Source: a bacterium (GTDB lineage Bacteria; RBG-13-61-14; DATKZS01). From it: a stretch of DNA of 64,000 nt. Where the stretch lies: positions 345,034 through 409,033 of the forward strand of contig CAXXFL010000007.1 in the NCBI GenBank assembly GCA_963674965.2, given 5' to 3'. The notes beneath the pieces were generated by a model. The model was given only the letters and a program-made list of their open reading frames with translations, had not been told where the DNA came from and did not search any database. Shown piece after piece: positions 17,525 to 25,988 of this stretch (the first letter of the stretch is position 1; each line of letters opens with the position of its first letter). The translations under genes were made by a program, and so were the position numbers.

Positions 17525-18562
17525 ATGACCAAAAGGGAAGAAAGAGACGAGTACGACTGGATAGAAACGGTCGTCAAGCTGGGCGAGTTTATCGGCCTTA
17601 ACCCCGTTCGTACGCGCTGGAAGCTCCGGGCCTGGCAGGACCGGATGGCCAGGAAACGCGAGGGACTGGCGGAGGAGGCCCACCAGGTTACGCGCAGGCA
17701 TAAGACCTGCTCCCGCTGCAACGCGATCAACGCGGTGGAGGACAAGCGCTGCCACAATTGCGGGGCCCGGCTTCACTCGAGGCCGGTGGACGTGTCGCTC
17801 CGTTTCCTTCGCCGTTTCGACGTGGGTCTCAGCGCCGAGACCTTCCTGGCCCTGGCCTTTATCGCCGTTTACGCGCTGGTGGCGATCAAGGGCCCAGGCT
17901 CGGGATGGATATCCCAATCGTCAAGAGACCTCATCGCCATGGGCGGCAATTACGGTCCCGCGGTATTCGACGGGCAATGGTATCGGCTCTGGACGTCGGT
18001 CCTGATGCACGGCGGCATATGGCACGTCGGGTTCAACGTCTACGCCCTGCTGTACATAGCTCCCCTCGTCCGTGAGGTCTATGGCTCCAATAAAACGGTC
18101 TTTTCCTTCGTGGTTACGGGCGTTCTCGCCTCGTGCGTTTCCCTGGCCTATAACTATTTCGACCCCTCCGCCGTGGTACCGATTCAGACGGAGGCGGGCG
18201 TCTTCCTTCATAAGTCCTATCCCGTCGGCATCGGGGCGTCGGGGGCCATCTGCGGACTGATAGGAATGGCCGCGGCCTGGGGCCACAGGGACGGAACGTC
18301 GAGCGGGATCAACGTAAGGAACTCCCTCATCCGGTGGATATTTTACATACTGGTGTTCGGTTATTTCATCGGGGCGGACAACGCCGCCCATATTGGCGGA
18401 CTGGCGGCGGGGGCCGCCTTGTCTTTCGCCCTTCCCGCGAGTTGGAACGACAGGCAAAGCAATCTCGAGTTGGTCCTGGGCGCGGCCTCATGGCTGGCCG
18501 TTGCCGCCGGGGTGGCCATGGTTGCCTACCTGGCATTTACCGCCTTCCCCATTCCTCAATAA
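17525..18562 (+). CDS. Rhomboid-family intramembrane serine protease with an N-terminal zinc ribbon
   Basis: The track ORF 16910..18562 has an Arg/Gly-rich N-terminus antisense to GT39; the real start is probably MTKREERDEY. CSRCN...CHNCG zinc ribbon. Rhomboid motifs HVGFN, GASGAICGLIG, AAHIGGLAAG. Confidence 0.8.
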   Translation: MTKREERDEYDWIETVVKLGEFIGLNPVRTRWKLRAWQDRMARKREGLAEEAHQVTRRHKTCSRCNAINAVEDKRCHNCGARLHSRPVDVSLRFLRRFDVGLSAETFLALAFIAVYALVAIKGPGSGWISQSSRDLIAMGGNYGPAVFDGQWYRLWTSVLMHGGIWHVGFNVYALLYIAPLVREVYGSNKTVFSFVVTGVLASCVSLAYNYFDPSAVVPIQTEAGVFLHKSYPVGIGASGAICGLIGMAAAWGHRDGTSSGINVRNSLIRWIFYILVFGYFIGADNAAHIGGLAAGAALSFALPASWNDRQSNLELVLGAASWLAVAAGVAMVAYLAFTAFPIPQ

Positions 18563-18748
18563 TATTGCTATATGAGATATCCGCTCGCTCTTGTTATTTT
18601 TTTCCAAAGGCGTGGCCGCGTCCTTGCCCGTTTCTCCATATGTCCGAAACATAAGCAAATTTAGTCATTAACGTCTGGCCCGGATCATTCAATTATCTTC
18701 CTGGCCCGGTTTGTGGGGGAACTTTGGCCGTGCTAGAATGCTCCAATT

Positions 18749-19438
18749 ATGAACATGAAAGAAGCACTGGAAACCATCAATAATTTGTTCCCGCTCGCCG
18801 AAAAGGGCGGGATTGTCATGTGGCCCATCGCCATCCTCTCGATGTTCGCCCTGGCCATCATTCTGGAGCGGTTCTGGGTCCTGGTCCTGCGCGCCGACCG
18901 CATAATGTCCAAGGCCTTCATGCGCGAAATCGAGGCCATGCTGGACAAGGGAGAAATCGAGGAAACCGTGGTCGCCTGCCGCAAGCGCGACTCGATGATG
19001 TCCCGGGTCCTTCTCGCCGGCCTGGCCCTTCGCGGGGCCCCGCGCGGGATCATCCGGGAAGCCCTGGAGGACGAGGGACGAAAGGAAGCCCGGGAGTTGG
19101 AAAGATACCTGGGCGGCCTGGCCGCCATCGCCGGCGTCAGCCCTCTCCTGGGTCTTCTGGGCACGGTCTTCGGCATGATCGAGATATTCCAGAAAATCGA
19201 GAGCAACCCGGTGGGAAAGTTCGAGTCCCTGGCCGGGGGCATTTACGTGGCGCTTTACACCACCGCCGCCGGACTGGTCGTGGCGATTCCCACATATCTT
19301 GCCTACCGGGCCTTTTTAGGCATCGCCACCTACAGGACCAACGAGATGGAGGAGCAGGCCGTGAGCCTGTTGAACCATCTGGACCGTCCCGGAGGGGTAT
19401 TCAACGGCGGCCCGGCGGAAGAACAAGATGAGGTTTAA
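18749..19438 (+). CDS. exbB: MotA/TolQ/ExbB proton-channel protein
   Basis: GGIVMWPIAILSMFALAIILERFW and C-terminal TM pairs (GLLGTVFGMI, TTAAGLVVAIP). Confidence 0.85.
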   Translation: MNMKEALETINNLFPLAEKGGIVMWPIAILSMFALAIILERFWVLVLRADRIMSKAFMREIEAMLDKGEIEETVVACRKRDSMMSRVLLAGLALRGAPRGIIREALEDEGRKEARELERYLGGLAAIAGVSPLLGLLGTVFGMIEIFQKIESNPVGKFESLAGGIYVALYTTAAGLVVAIPTYLAYRAFLGIATYRTNEMEEQAVSLLNHLDRPGGVFNGGPAEEQDEV

Positions 19439-20057
19439 AACCAGCCCCCCGCCCGACGACCCGAGGCCCAATATCACCTCGCTGGTGGACGTGCTTTTCC
19501 TGCTCATCATATTTTTCACCGTCACCACCACCTTCGTCACCTCGGGGGGGATCGACGTGAACCTGCCCCAGGCCTCGACCCAGCGCCAGATTGAAAAAGT
19601 CGAGAAGCTCTTCGTCGTGGTGAACAAGAAGGGCGTCGCCTTCGTGCAGGGACAGAAAAAGTCCGACGCCGAGCTGGCCGACCAGTTCAGTTCGCTTAAG
19701 ACCGGCAACTCCGAGGCCATCGTGGTCATACAGGCTGACCAGGCCACCCACCACGGACGCGTGGTGGAAATAATGGACATGGCCCAGGCGGCCGGGCTCT
19801 CGCGGCTGGCCATAGCCACCGAGGCCAAAAGGGAACCGGCGCCGATAAAGATGGACGAGCCGGACAAGTCCGCGCCCGACGATCAAGCGGCGAGCGAAGA
19901 CGAAAAAGACGACAAGGCGGATGAATCAACCGATGAAGCCGGAGCGTCAACCGAGGCGGACGAGACTTCCATGTCCCCCGACCCCGAAGCCGACTCGAAT
20001 AAAAACGATACCGAGTCAAACCCCGACGAAAAAGAGACAAGCAATCCTCACGAATAA
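19428..20057 (+). CDS. exbD: ExbD/TolR biopolymer transport protein with a roughly 70-aa acidic C-terminal extension
   Basis: NITSLVDVLFLLIIFF...GIDVNLPQAS, IQADQATHHGRVVEIMD. Overlaps exbB by 11 nt. The tail is Asp/Glu/Ser-rich. Confidence 0.85.
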   Translation: MRFKTSPPPDDPRPNITSLVDVLFLLIIFFTVTTTFVTSGGIDVNLPQASTQRQIEKVEKLFVVVNKKGVAFVQGQKKSDAELADQFSSLKTGNSEAIVVIQADQATHHGRVVEIMDMAQAAGLSRLAIATEAKREPAPIKMDEPDKSAPDDQAASEDEKDDKADESTDEAGASTEADETSMSPDPEADSNKNDTESNPDEKETSNPHE

Positions 20058-20120
20058 ATGATATAATGAAATGGTAGCGGCGGGACCACCGCCGCGCGGC
20101 AAGCTGAAGCGGAGGTCGAG

Positions 20121-20417
20121 ATGAAGCTGAAAGTGGTCGTTGGCTTGTTGGTCCTATTAATCCTCGGATACACCGTCCTGGGCGAGCACGGTCTCGTGCG
20201 CCTCGTCAGGTCTCAAAAACAAAAAAACGCCCTGCTCGAGGACAAGCAAAGGCTCGAGAGCGAGAACGCCGAGTTGAAAAAGGAGATAGACCGTCTCCAA
20301 AACGATCCCGACTACATCGAGAGGGTGGCCCGCGAGGAACTGGGCATGGTCAAAAAGGGCGAGTTGGTCATCCAGTTCGCCGATCCCGACGAGTCCGGGG
20401 CGCCCACGTCGCCATGA
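20121..20417 (+). CDS. ftsB: Cell division protein FtsB (septum formation initiator, DivIC family)
   Basis: Single TM, then a coiled coil (LLEDKQRLESENAELKKEIDRLQNDPDYIERVAREELGMV). RBS GGAGG. Confidence 0.85.
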   Translation: MKLKVVVGLLVLLILGYTVLGEHGLVRLVRSQKQKNALLEDKQRLESENAELKKEIDRLQNDPDYIERVAREELGMVKKGELVIQFADPDESGAPTSP

Positions 20418-22510
20418 CCTCCGCCCCGGCAAGGTCCGGCGTCCTCGCGGCCGTGGCCCTGGCCGTCAGGGTATGTTGCCCATTGGCCTTCGGCGCTTTA
20501 CTGGCCCTTGGCCGCTTTTCCGATATCGGCGCTTATGGCCCGCTTCAATGGGGCGGACTGGCGCTCATGGCCGCTTTGTTCGGGTTCGAGCTTTTCCTTG
20601 CCTTTTCATTAAGGACCATCACCAGGGCGTCCGGATTCTCTCTCGCTCTGGTGACCACGCTGGCGGTAAAGGCCGCGGCCCTGGCCGGGTTGGCGGCCGA
20701 GACCGACCTTTTTCCCCTGGTTCTTCTCGCCTTCACCGCCGCCGCCGGCTACGCGGGGATTTTACGCGCCGCCGCTCTATTGGCGATTTACGCGGGACTC
20801 GAGACCGCCTCGGCTTTCCTCGGGTCCGGCTCGCCTCCGGACTGGACCGTCCTTGCCCTCCGCGCCGCGGCCATGGCCGGGTTCGGAATCATGGTCACCG
20901 GGCTGGTCCGTCTCGAGCGCATAAAAGGTAGCCTGGCCGAGGACAAGCTGGCGAAAATCCAAAAAGGCGCCACCGAGTTCCAGCGGGACGACACGGTCCA
21001 TCGCCTTTCCGGCTTGTCGGACAAGGGCAGGCACAAGGAGTCCATCCGCCGCGTCATCGACCTGGACCAGAAGTTCTACTCCGAGCTCGAGGAGGCCAGG
21101 GCCGCGCTCAAGGCCGACGCCTGCGTCCTTTACTGGCGCGCCGAGCCGGACGAGGACTTCCATTTCCGGGAGGCGTCCTCCCAGCGGGAGGAGCTTAGCG
21201 ACGCGGCCATGCTCCCCAAAGACGGAGGGACCCTGGCCCGAGCGGCGCTGGATGGAAAGACCATCTCCTTTTCCGGCGCGAAAAACCTGAAGGGTAAAAT
21301 CCCCTATCTTTCATCCGGGAATTCCGCCGAGCACTTTATCGCCGGGCCAGTTATTGACGAGGACTGGGTCCAGGGGGTACTGGCGGCCGACCGCTCCTCG
21401 GGAGGGCCCTTCACCAGGAACGACGAAAAAGTCCTGGCCGCCATCGCCCGGAACGTGAAGGAAATCCACTCCCACGCCCTGCTCATCAAGCGCAGCGAGG
21501 TCGAGGCGGCGCAGTTTAAAAGCCTGGCCCAGCTTGGCGGCCGTCTCAGCCGCTCCCTCGACCTGGCCGAGATCATGGAGGCGGTTGAAAGGACCGCCGG
21601 GGCCATAACCAATCAGGACGCGCTGGTGGTGATCGAGGGGTCCCTGGAGGGGGAACCGCGCGTGATCCACGCCGCCGGCGAGGTCGGGGAGGGCCTGGCC
21701 GGGGGAACCATCGATCAGGACCTTTCCCTGGCGGGCGAGGTGATCAGAAAGTCGCGTTACAAGGTCGTCAAGGACCTCGAGGCTTTTTCGCCGGTAAGGC
21801 CGGTGCTGGGTCCGGGCATGGACCCTCCTGGAATGAGGTCAGCCCTTATCCATCCCCTGCCCTTCGCCTCCGGCAAGCCCGGGGCGCTGGCTCTTTTCTC
21901 GAAACGGCCCGACGCCTTCGGGGCCTACGTGGCGGGGGTGACCGGCGTTCTGGCCGACATGGCCTCGGTCAGCGTCCGCAACGCGGCCCTTTATCGCGAG
22001 ATGGCCAAGAAGGCGGTGACCGACGGGCTGACGGGCCTTCACAACCACCGCTGGTTCCAGGAGAGGCTCGAGGAGGAAATCGAGCGTGCCGAGCGCCTGG
22101 GCTCTCGCCTGGCCGTGGTGATGGCGGACGTGGACCACTTCAAGAAGGTCAACGACGCCCACGGGCACCCGGTGGGCGACGAGGTGCTCAAGGCCGTGTC
22201 GGGCCTCCTTAAAAGGACGGCGCGCAAAGTGGACGCGGCCGCGAGGTACGGCGGCGAGGAGTTCGTGGTCATCCTGGTGGGCACGGACGGCCAGGGCGCC
22301 CTCGAGTTCGCCGAGCGGGTGAGGAAAGGCGTTTCCAAGCTGGCCTTCGACACCGGCGAGACCAGGTTCAAGGTCACCCTCTCCCTCGGCGTCTCCGTCT
22401 ACCCCGACGACGCCCAGGCCAAGGACCGCCTCATCGAACTGGCCGACCAGGCCCTCTACCAGGCCAAGGAGTCCGGAAGGAACAGGACCATAAGGACGGG
22501 TAAAGGCTGA
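20414..22510 (+). CDS. Membrane-bound diguanylate cyclase (multi-TM N-terminus, GAF-like middle, GGDEF domain)
   Basis: GLTGLHNHRWF...DVDHFKKVNDAHGHPVGD...RYGGEEFVVIL. I-site RKVD lies 5 residues before GGEEF. ATGA overlap with the ftsB stop. Confidence 0.9.
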   Translation: MTSAPARSGVLAAVALAVRVCCPLAFGALLALGRFSDIGAYGPLQWGGLALMAALFGFELFLAFSLRTITRASGFSLALVTTLAVKAAALAGLAAETDLFPLVLLAFTAAAGYAGILRAAALLAIYAGLETASAFLGSGSPPDWTVLALRAAAMAGFGIMVTGLVRLERIKGSLAEDKLAKIQKGATEFQRDDTVHRLSGLSDKGRHKESIRRVIDLDQKFYSELEEARAALKADACVLYWRAEPDEDFHFREASSQREELSDAAMLPKDGGTLARAALDGKTISFSGAKNLKGKIPYLSSGNSAEHFIAGPVIDEDWVQGVLAADRSSGGPFTRNDEKVLAAIARNVKEIHSHALLIKRSEVEAAQFKSLAQLGGRLSRSLDLAEIMEAVERTAGAITNQDALVVIEGSLEGEPRVIHAAGEVGEGLAGGTIDQDLSLAGEVIRKSRYKVVKDLEAFSPVRPVLGPGMDPPGMRSALIHPLPFASGKPGALALFSKRPDAFGAYVAGVTGVLADMASVSVRNAALYREMAKKAVTDGLTGLHNHRWFQERLEEEIERAERLGSRLAVVMADVDHFKKVNDAHGHPVGDEVLKAVSGLLKRTARKVDAAARYGGEEFVVILVGTDGQGALEFAERVRKGVSKLAFDTGETRFKVTLSLGVSVYPDDAQAKDRLIELADQALYQAKESGRNRTIRTGKG

Positions 22511-22768
22511 AACGTCTCCGGATTAGCGGCTTAATAAAGCCCGGGGTTGGCCTTTGGATGGGAAGAAAATGGTGCAAGGAGTTCAAGCTAACGTCACTGC
22601 AAAGGCCAAACGCGAGACCCAGCTTCGCTGGACCAGGACTTTTTTTAAACCGGCCGGGCCACGCCCGCGCGCGAAACAAATAATACTTTACCCTGGCGCG
22701 CTCGTGAGCTACCCTAGTTGGAGGAAACTGGGACCGCGCCATGGAGCGCGTGAAAGGGGGCGAATGAG

Positions 22769-23284
22769 ATGAGTAACAAGAATCACCTGCGGGTTGTATA
22801 TGACGACGACGCCTATCAGGCCGTTCGTCGCCGGGTTAAGAGGTGGGCCGAGGGAAAAGGCCGGGGCCATAAATATCTCGAGTACGTTCTATTGGCGCCG
22901 GACATGCTTCACCTTCTCGGCAAGCTGGTCATGGACAAGCGCGTTCCCTTCCGCTCGAAGGTTTCCCTGGGCATGGCGATCACCTATTTCGTCTCTCCCC
23001 TGGACCTTTTGCCCGAGGCCGTGTTCGGACCCATCGGATACCTGGACGATATAGTGGTGGCGGCCTGGGCCATTGACGACCTGATCTCGGCGACGGGCCC
23101 CGAGGTCGTTCGCGAGCACTGGGCGGGAGACGAGGACGTCCTTTTAACCATCGCCAAGATCAGCGCGGCCACGAACGAGATGCTGGGCACGGGCCTTGTG
23201 CGGCGTCTTCAGGAGGCCTTCCGGAGTCAGAGGACCTCGCTCGGCGGTCCGGGCGCGGCTCACAAGCTGCCGGCCGGGAAATAG
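22769..23284 (+). CDS. DUF1232 (YkvA-family) membrane protein
   Basis: SPLDLLPEAVFGPIGYLDDIVVAAWAI matches the DUF1232 signature. RBS GAAAGGGGG. Confidence 0.75.
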   Translation: MSNKNHLRVVYDDDAYQAVRRRVKRWAEGKGRGHKYLEYVLLAPDMLHLLGKLVMDKRVPFRSKVSLGMAITYFVSPLDLLPEAVFGPIGYLDDIVVAAWAIDDLISATGPEVVREHWAGDEDVLLTIAKISAATNEMLGTGLVRRLQEAFRSQRTSLGGPGAAHKLPAGK

Positions 23285-23303
23285 CGGTCCAGGGCGGGCG
23301 GGG

Positions 23304-23639
23304 TCAGTCGGGGTCTTCCTCCATCTCGTCCTCGTCTTCCTCCTCCAGGTCGCGATAGGGCTGCATGGACTCGTACCTTTCGGCCCAGAACTCGATGAAG
23401 AACTCCATGAGCTTTAAGTAGGCCTCGACGACCTCCTCGCCTTCCAGGTCCTCGACGGAGTTAAAGGCCACCTGGTACATGGTCCCCGGGTCCACCTCCA
23501 TAATGCCACGCCCCCCGAGCCGGTCGAGGAAAAAGTCGAAGTACTCCTCGTAGGCCTCGAGGTGCTCGGCCGTGAACCCCTGCCTCTCGAGGTGCTTGAA
23601 AAAGGCGGTCTTGATAAACCGGTTGTCGTCTTTCTCCAT
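23304..23639 (-). CDS. Small acidic hypothetical protein
   Basis: 111-aa ORF with sensible composition and an acidic tail (EEEDEDEMEEDPD). No family recognised. Confidence 0.5.
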   Translation of the reverse strand: MEKDDNRFIKTAFFKHLERQGFTAEHLEAYEEYFDFFLDRLGGRGIMEVDPGTMYQVAFNSVEDLEGEEVVEAYLKLMEFFIEFWAERYESMQPYRDLEEEDEDEMEEDPD

Positions 23640-23694
23640 GGAAATTCCCGCTTCCTGAAGGGGCCGTTGGCCGCGCCGCCTCGGGCCCCCAACT

Positions 23695-23718
23695 AAAAAG
23701 GGGCGCCTTGACGCCCCC
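23695..23718 (-). terminator. Rho-independent terminator after the EF-G paralog
   Basis: Minus strand: GGGGGCG-tcaagg-CGCCCC followed by TTTTT, about 25 nt after the TAA stop. Confidence 0.7.
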
Positions 23719-23743
23719 TTTATTATTTATCTCTCGGCGGTCC

Positions 23744-25837
23744 TTATACTTCCTCGTCCTCGACCATCTTGGACTCGGCCACGATTTTTTCCTGGATGTT
23801 GGCCGGGACTTCCTCGTAGTGATCGAACTCCATGGTGAACATGCCGCGGCCCGAGGTGATCGAGTCCAGGTCCGGGGAGTACCTCAGCATCTCGGCCAGG
23901 GGCACGTTGGCCTTAATGATCTGGTTGGCCCCGACCGAGTCGGTGCCCAAAAGCCTTCCGCGCCTTCTGTTCAGGTCTCCTATCACGTCTCCGGCGCTAT
24001 CGGAGGGGACGGTGACCTCGGAGAGCATGATGGGCTCGAGGAGGGTGGGGCTGGCCTGCTCGGCTCCGTTCTTGAAGCCCAGTGACCCCGCTATCTGGAA
24101 GGCCATGTCCGAGCTGTCCACGTCGTGGTACTTACCGTCGTAAAGCTTGACCTTGACGTATTTGACCGGGTAACCGGCCAGAACGCCCTTTTTCATGCGG
24201 TCGATAACGCCCTTCTCGACCGATGGGATGTAGGTGTTGGGGATGGCCCCGCCCTTGATGGCGTCCTCGAACTCGAACTCGACTCCGGCCGAGATATCCA
24301 GAGGCGACAGCTCGATCCAGCACCATCCGTACTGGCCCCTGCCGCCGGCCTGTTTCCTGTATTTGCCCTCGGCCTTCACGGTCTTCCGTATGGTCTCGAG
24401 GTAGGGCACCTTGGGAGCGGACAGGTTGACCTCGACCCCCGACTTGCGCTTCATCTTCTCGAGGGTGGTCTCGATATGGACCTGGCCCATGCCCTCGATG
24501 ATGAACTCGCCCGTCTGCTCGTCGCGGCGCACGTTAAGGGTGACGTCCTCCTCGAGGAGTCTGTTGAGGGCGGTCATGAGCTTGTCCTCATCTCCCTTGC
24601 TCTTGGGGGTGAGGGCGAAGCTGATGACGGGCGAGGCCTTGGGCAGGGCGGAAAGCTGGAACCCGTCCGCCTCCGCCGAGAGGGTGTCGCCCGTGGTGGT
24701 TTCCTTGAGCTTGGCCACGGCCACGATATCGCCCACCCCCGCGGGGTTGATCGACTCCGTGTTCTCGCCCGTGATCATTAGAAGCTGCCCAATCCTCTCC
24801 TTGCTCTCCTTGGTCGAGTTGAACACGTTCGAGTCGCCGTGAAGCTTGCCGGACATGATCCTCATGACCGAGAGCTTGCCCCGGAAGGGATCGGAGATGG
24901 TCTTGAAAACCAGGGCCGAAAAAGGCGCGTCCTCCGCGCTCGCCCGCTCGGTCTCTTTGCCGTCCTTGTCCACGCCCTTGGCCGGGGCCCTGTCCAGGGG
25001 CGAGGGGCCGGCGTTGGCGATGACGTCGAGCAGGGGCTTGATCCCCACGTTGCGGATGGAGGAGCCCGTGAGCACGGGCACGATGGACCCGGACTTGACT
25101 CCCTCCCTGAGGGCGTCGGTGATCTCCTGGGGGCTGATTTCCTGCTCCTCCAGGTACTTCTCGAGAAGCTCGTCGTTGGACTCCGCCACCGCCTCCACCA
25201 ACTGGCGCCGGGCGTCCTCCGCCGCCTCGGCCATGTCCGCCGGGACGTCCTGCTCGTTATATTTACCCGAGCCGTCCATTTCGTAGACCAGGGCCTTCAT
25301 TTTAAGGAGGTCCACCACGCCCTTGAAGGCGGACTCGAGACCGATGGGGATAGTTATGGGGCAGGGCTGGACCCCCAGCACGGTCTGGATGTTCGAGAGG
25401 GTCTCCTCGAAGTTGGCCCGCTCCCTGTCCACTTTCGAGACGAAAATGAACCTGGCCTGAAGGCAGTCCTCACTCTCTTTCCACAGCTTGTCCGTCAGCA
25501 CCTTGACCCCGTCGATGGCGTCAACCACGAACATGCCTATGTCCACGGCCCTGGTGGCGTTCCTGGCCTCGGCCACGAAGTTGGGATCGCCGGGAGTGTC
25601 GATCACCTCGAAGAGGCACTTGGCGTGCTCGAAGTGACAAAAGCCGGTGCTTACCGAGCTGACGCGCTTTTTTTCCTCGGGCTCGAAGTCGAGCACCGAG
25701 GTCCCCTCGTCAACCTTTCCCAGCCTCGTCACGGCGCCGGAAGAAAAAAGCATCGCCTCGGCGAGGGACGTTTTACCCGCTCCACCGTGAGCGAAAAGTC
25801 CCACCGTCCGCACGTTACCACGCTCGAATTCCTTCAT
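23744..25837 (-). CDS. Elongation factor G paralog (EF-G2-like translational GTPase)
   Basis: Full five-domain EF-G length (697 aa). G1 reads AHGGAGKTS rather than the AHIDAGKTT I recall for canonical EF-G. DTPGDPNF. Not embedded in an rpsL-rpsG-fusA-tuf context. Confidence 0.85.
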   Translation of the reverse strand: MKEFERGNVRTVGLFAHGGAGKTSLAEAMLFSSGAVTRLGKVDEGTSVLDFEPEEKKRVSSVSTGFCHFEHAKCLFEVIDTPGDPNFVAEARNATRAVDIGMFVVDAIDGVKVLTDKLWKESEDCLQARFIFVSKVDRERANFEETLSNIQTVLGVQPCPITIPIGLESAFKGVVDLLKMKALVYEMDGSGKYNEQDVPADMAEAAEDARRQLVEAVAESNDELLEKYLEEQEISPQEITDALREGVKSGSIVPVLTGSSIRNVGIKPLLDVIANAGPSPLDRAPAKGVDKDGKETERASAEDAPFSALVFKTISDPFRGKLSVMRIMSGKLHGDSNVFNSTKESKERIGQLLMITGENTESINPAGVGDIVAVAKLKETTTGDTLSAEADGFQLSALPKASPVISFALTPKSKGDEDKLMTALNRLLEEDVTLNVRRDEQTGEFIIEGMGQVHIETTLEKMKRKSGVEVNLSAPKVPYLETIRKTVKAEGKYRKQAGGRGQYGWCWIELSPLDISAGVEFEFEDAIKGGAIPNTYIPSVEKGVIDRMKKGVLAGYPVKYVKVKLYDGKYHDVDSSDMAFQIAGSLGFKNGAEQASPTLLEPIMLSEVTVPSDSAGDVIGDLNRRRGRLLGTDSVGANQIIKANVPLAEMLRYSPDLDSITSGRGMFTMEFDHYEEVPANIQEKIVAESKMVEDEEV

Positions 25838-25882
25838 ATCTTGAAGCTCCTTTTTGGAAATTGCCGATTCGCTGAAATTTTT

Positions 25883-25911
25883 ATATTAAATCTCCCCTCC
25901 CCCGGTGTCAA
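25883..25911 (-). promoter_or_regulatory. Sigma-70-like promoter (TTGACA-N17-TAATAT) for the EF-G paralog
   Basis: Minus strand: cccggTTGACAccgggggaggggagattTAATATaa, about 45 nt upstream of the ATG; RBS AAAGGAG. Confidence 0.55.
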
Positions 25912-25988
25912 CCGGGAAGAAGAAAAATGAAGGCGAGGTCCCTTTCAGCCGGGCCTTGCTTAATGCGTTCTCACTCGATCGAGGAAAA

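Noticed and set aside
15944-18562. Long N-terminal extensions of the GT39 ORF (to 17917) and the rhomboid ORF (from 16910), which overlap each other by about 1 kb.
   Set aside because: The extensions are Arg/Gly/Pro-rich and mutually antisense. Internal ATGs with an RBS (17491 and 17525) give sensible proteins. The resulting 33-bp divergent spacer is very short, so one start may lie further in (e.g. 17437).
18731-18739. Extended -10-like TGcTAGAAT just upstream of exbB.
   Set aside because: It lies only about 10 nt before the annotated ATG, implying a leaderless transcript or a later start, and it has no good -35. Too uncertain to list as a feature.
23570-23590. By my manual count, the C-run near 23577-23581 is one nt longer than the frame of track ORFs 23304..23639 and 23414..23692 implies.
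   Set aside because: This is most likely my own miscount of a homopolymer, since neighbouring track coordinates are self-consistent. I used the track coordinates and built nothing on it.
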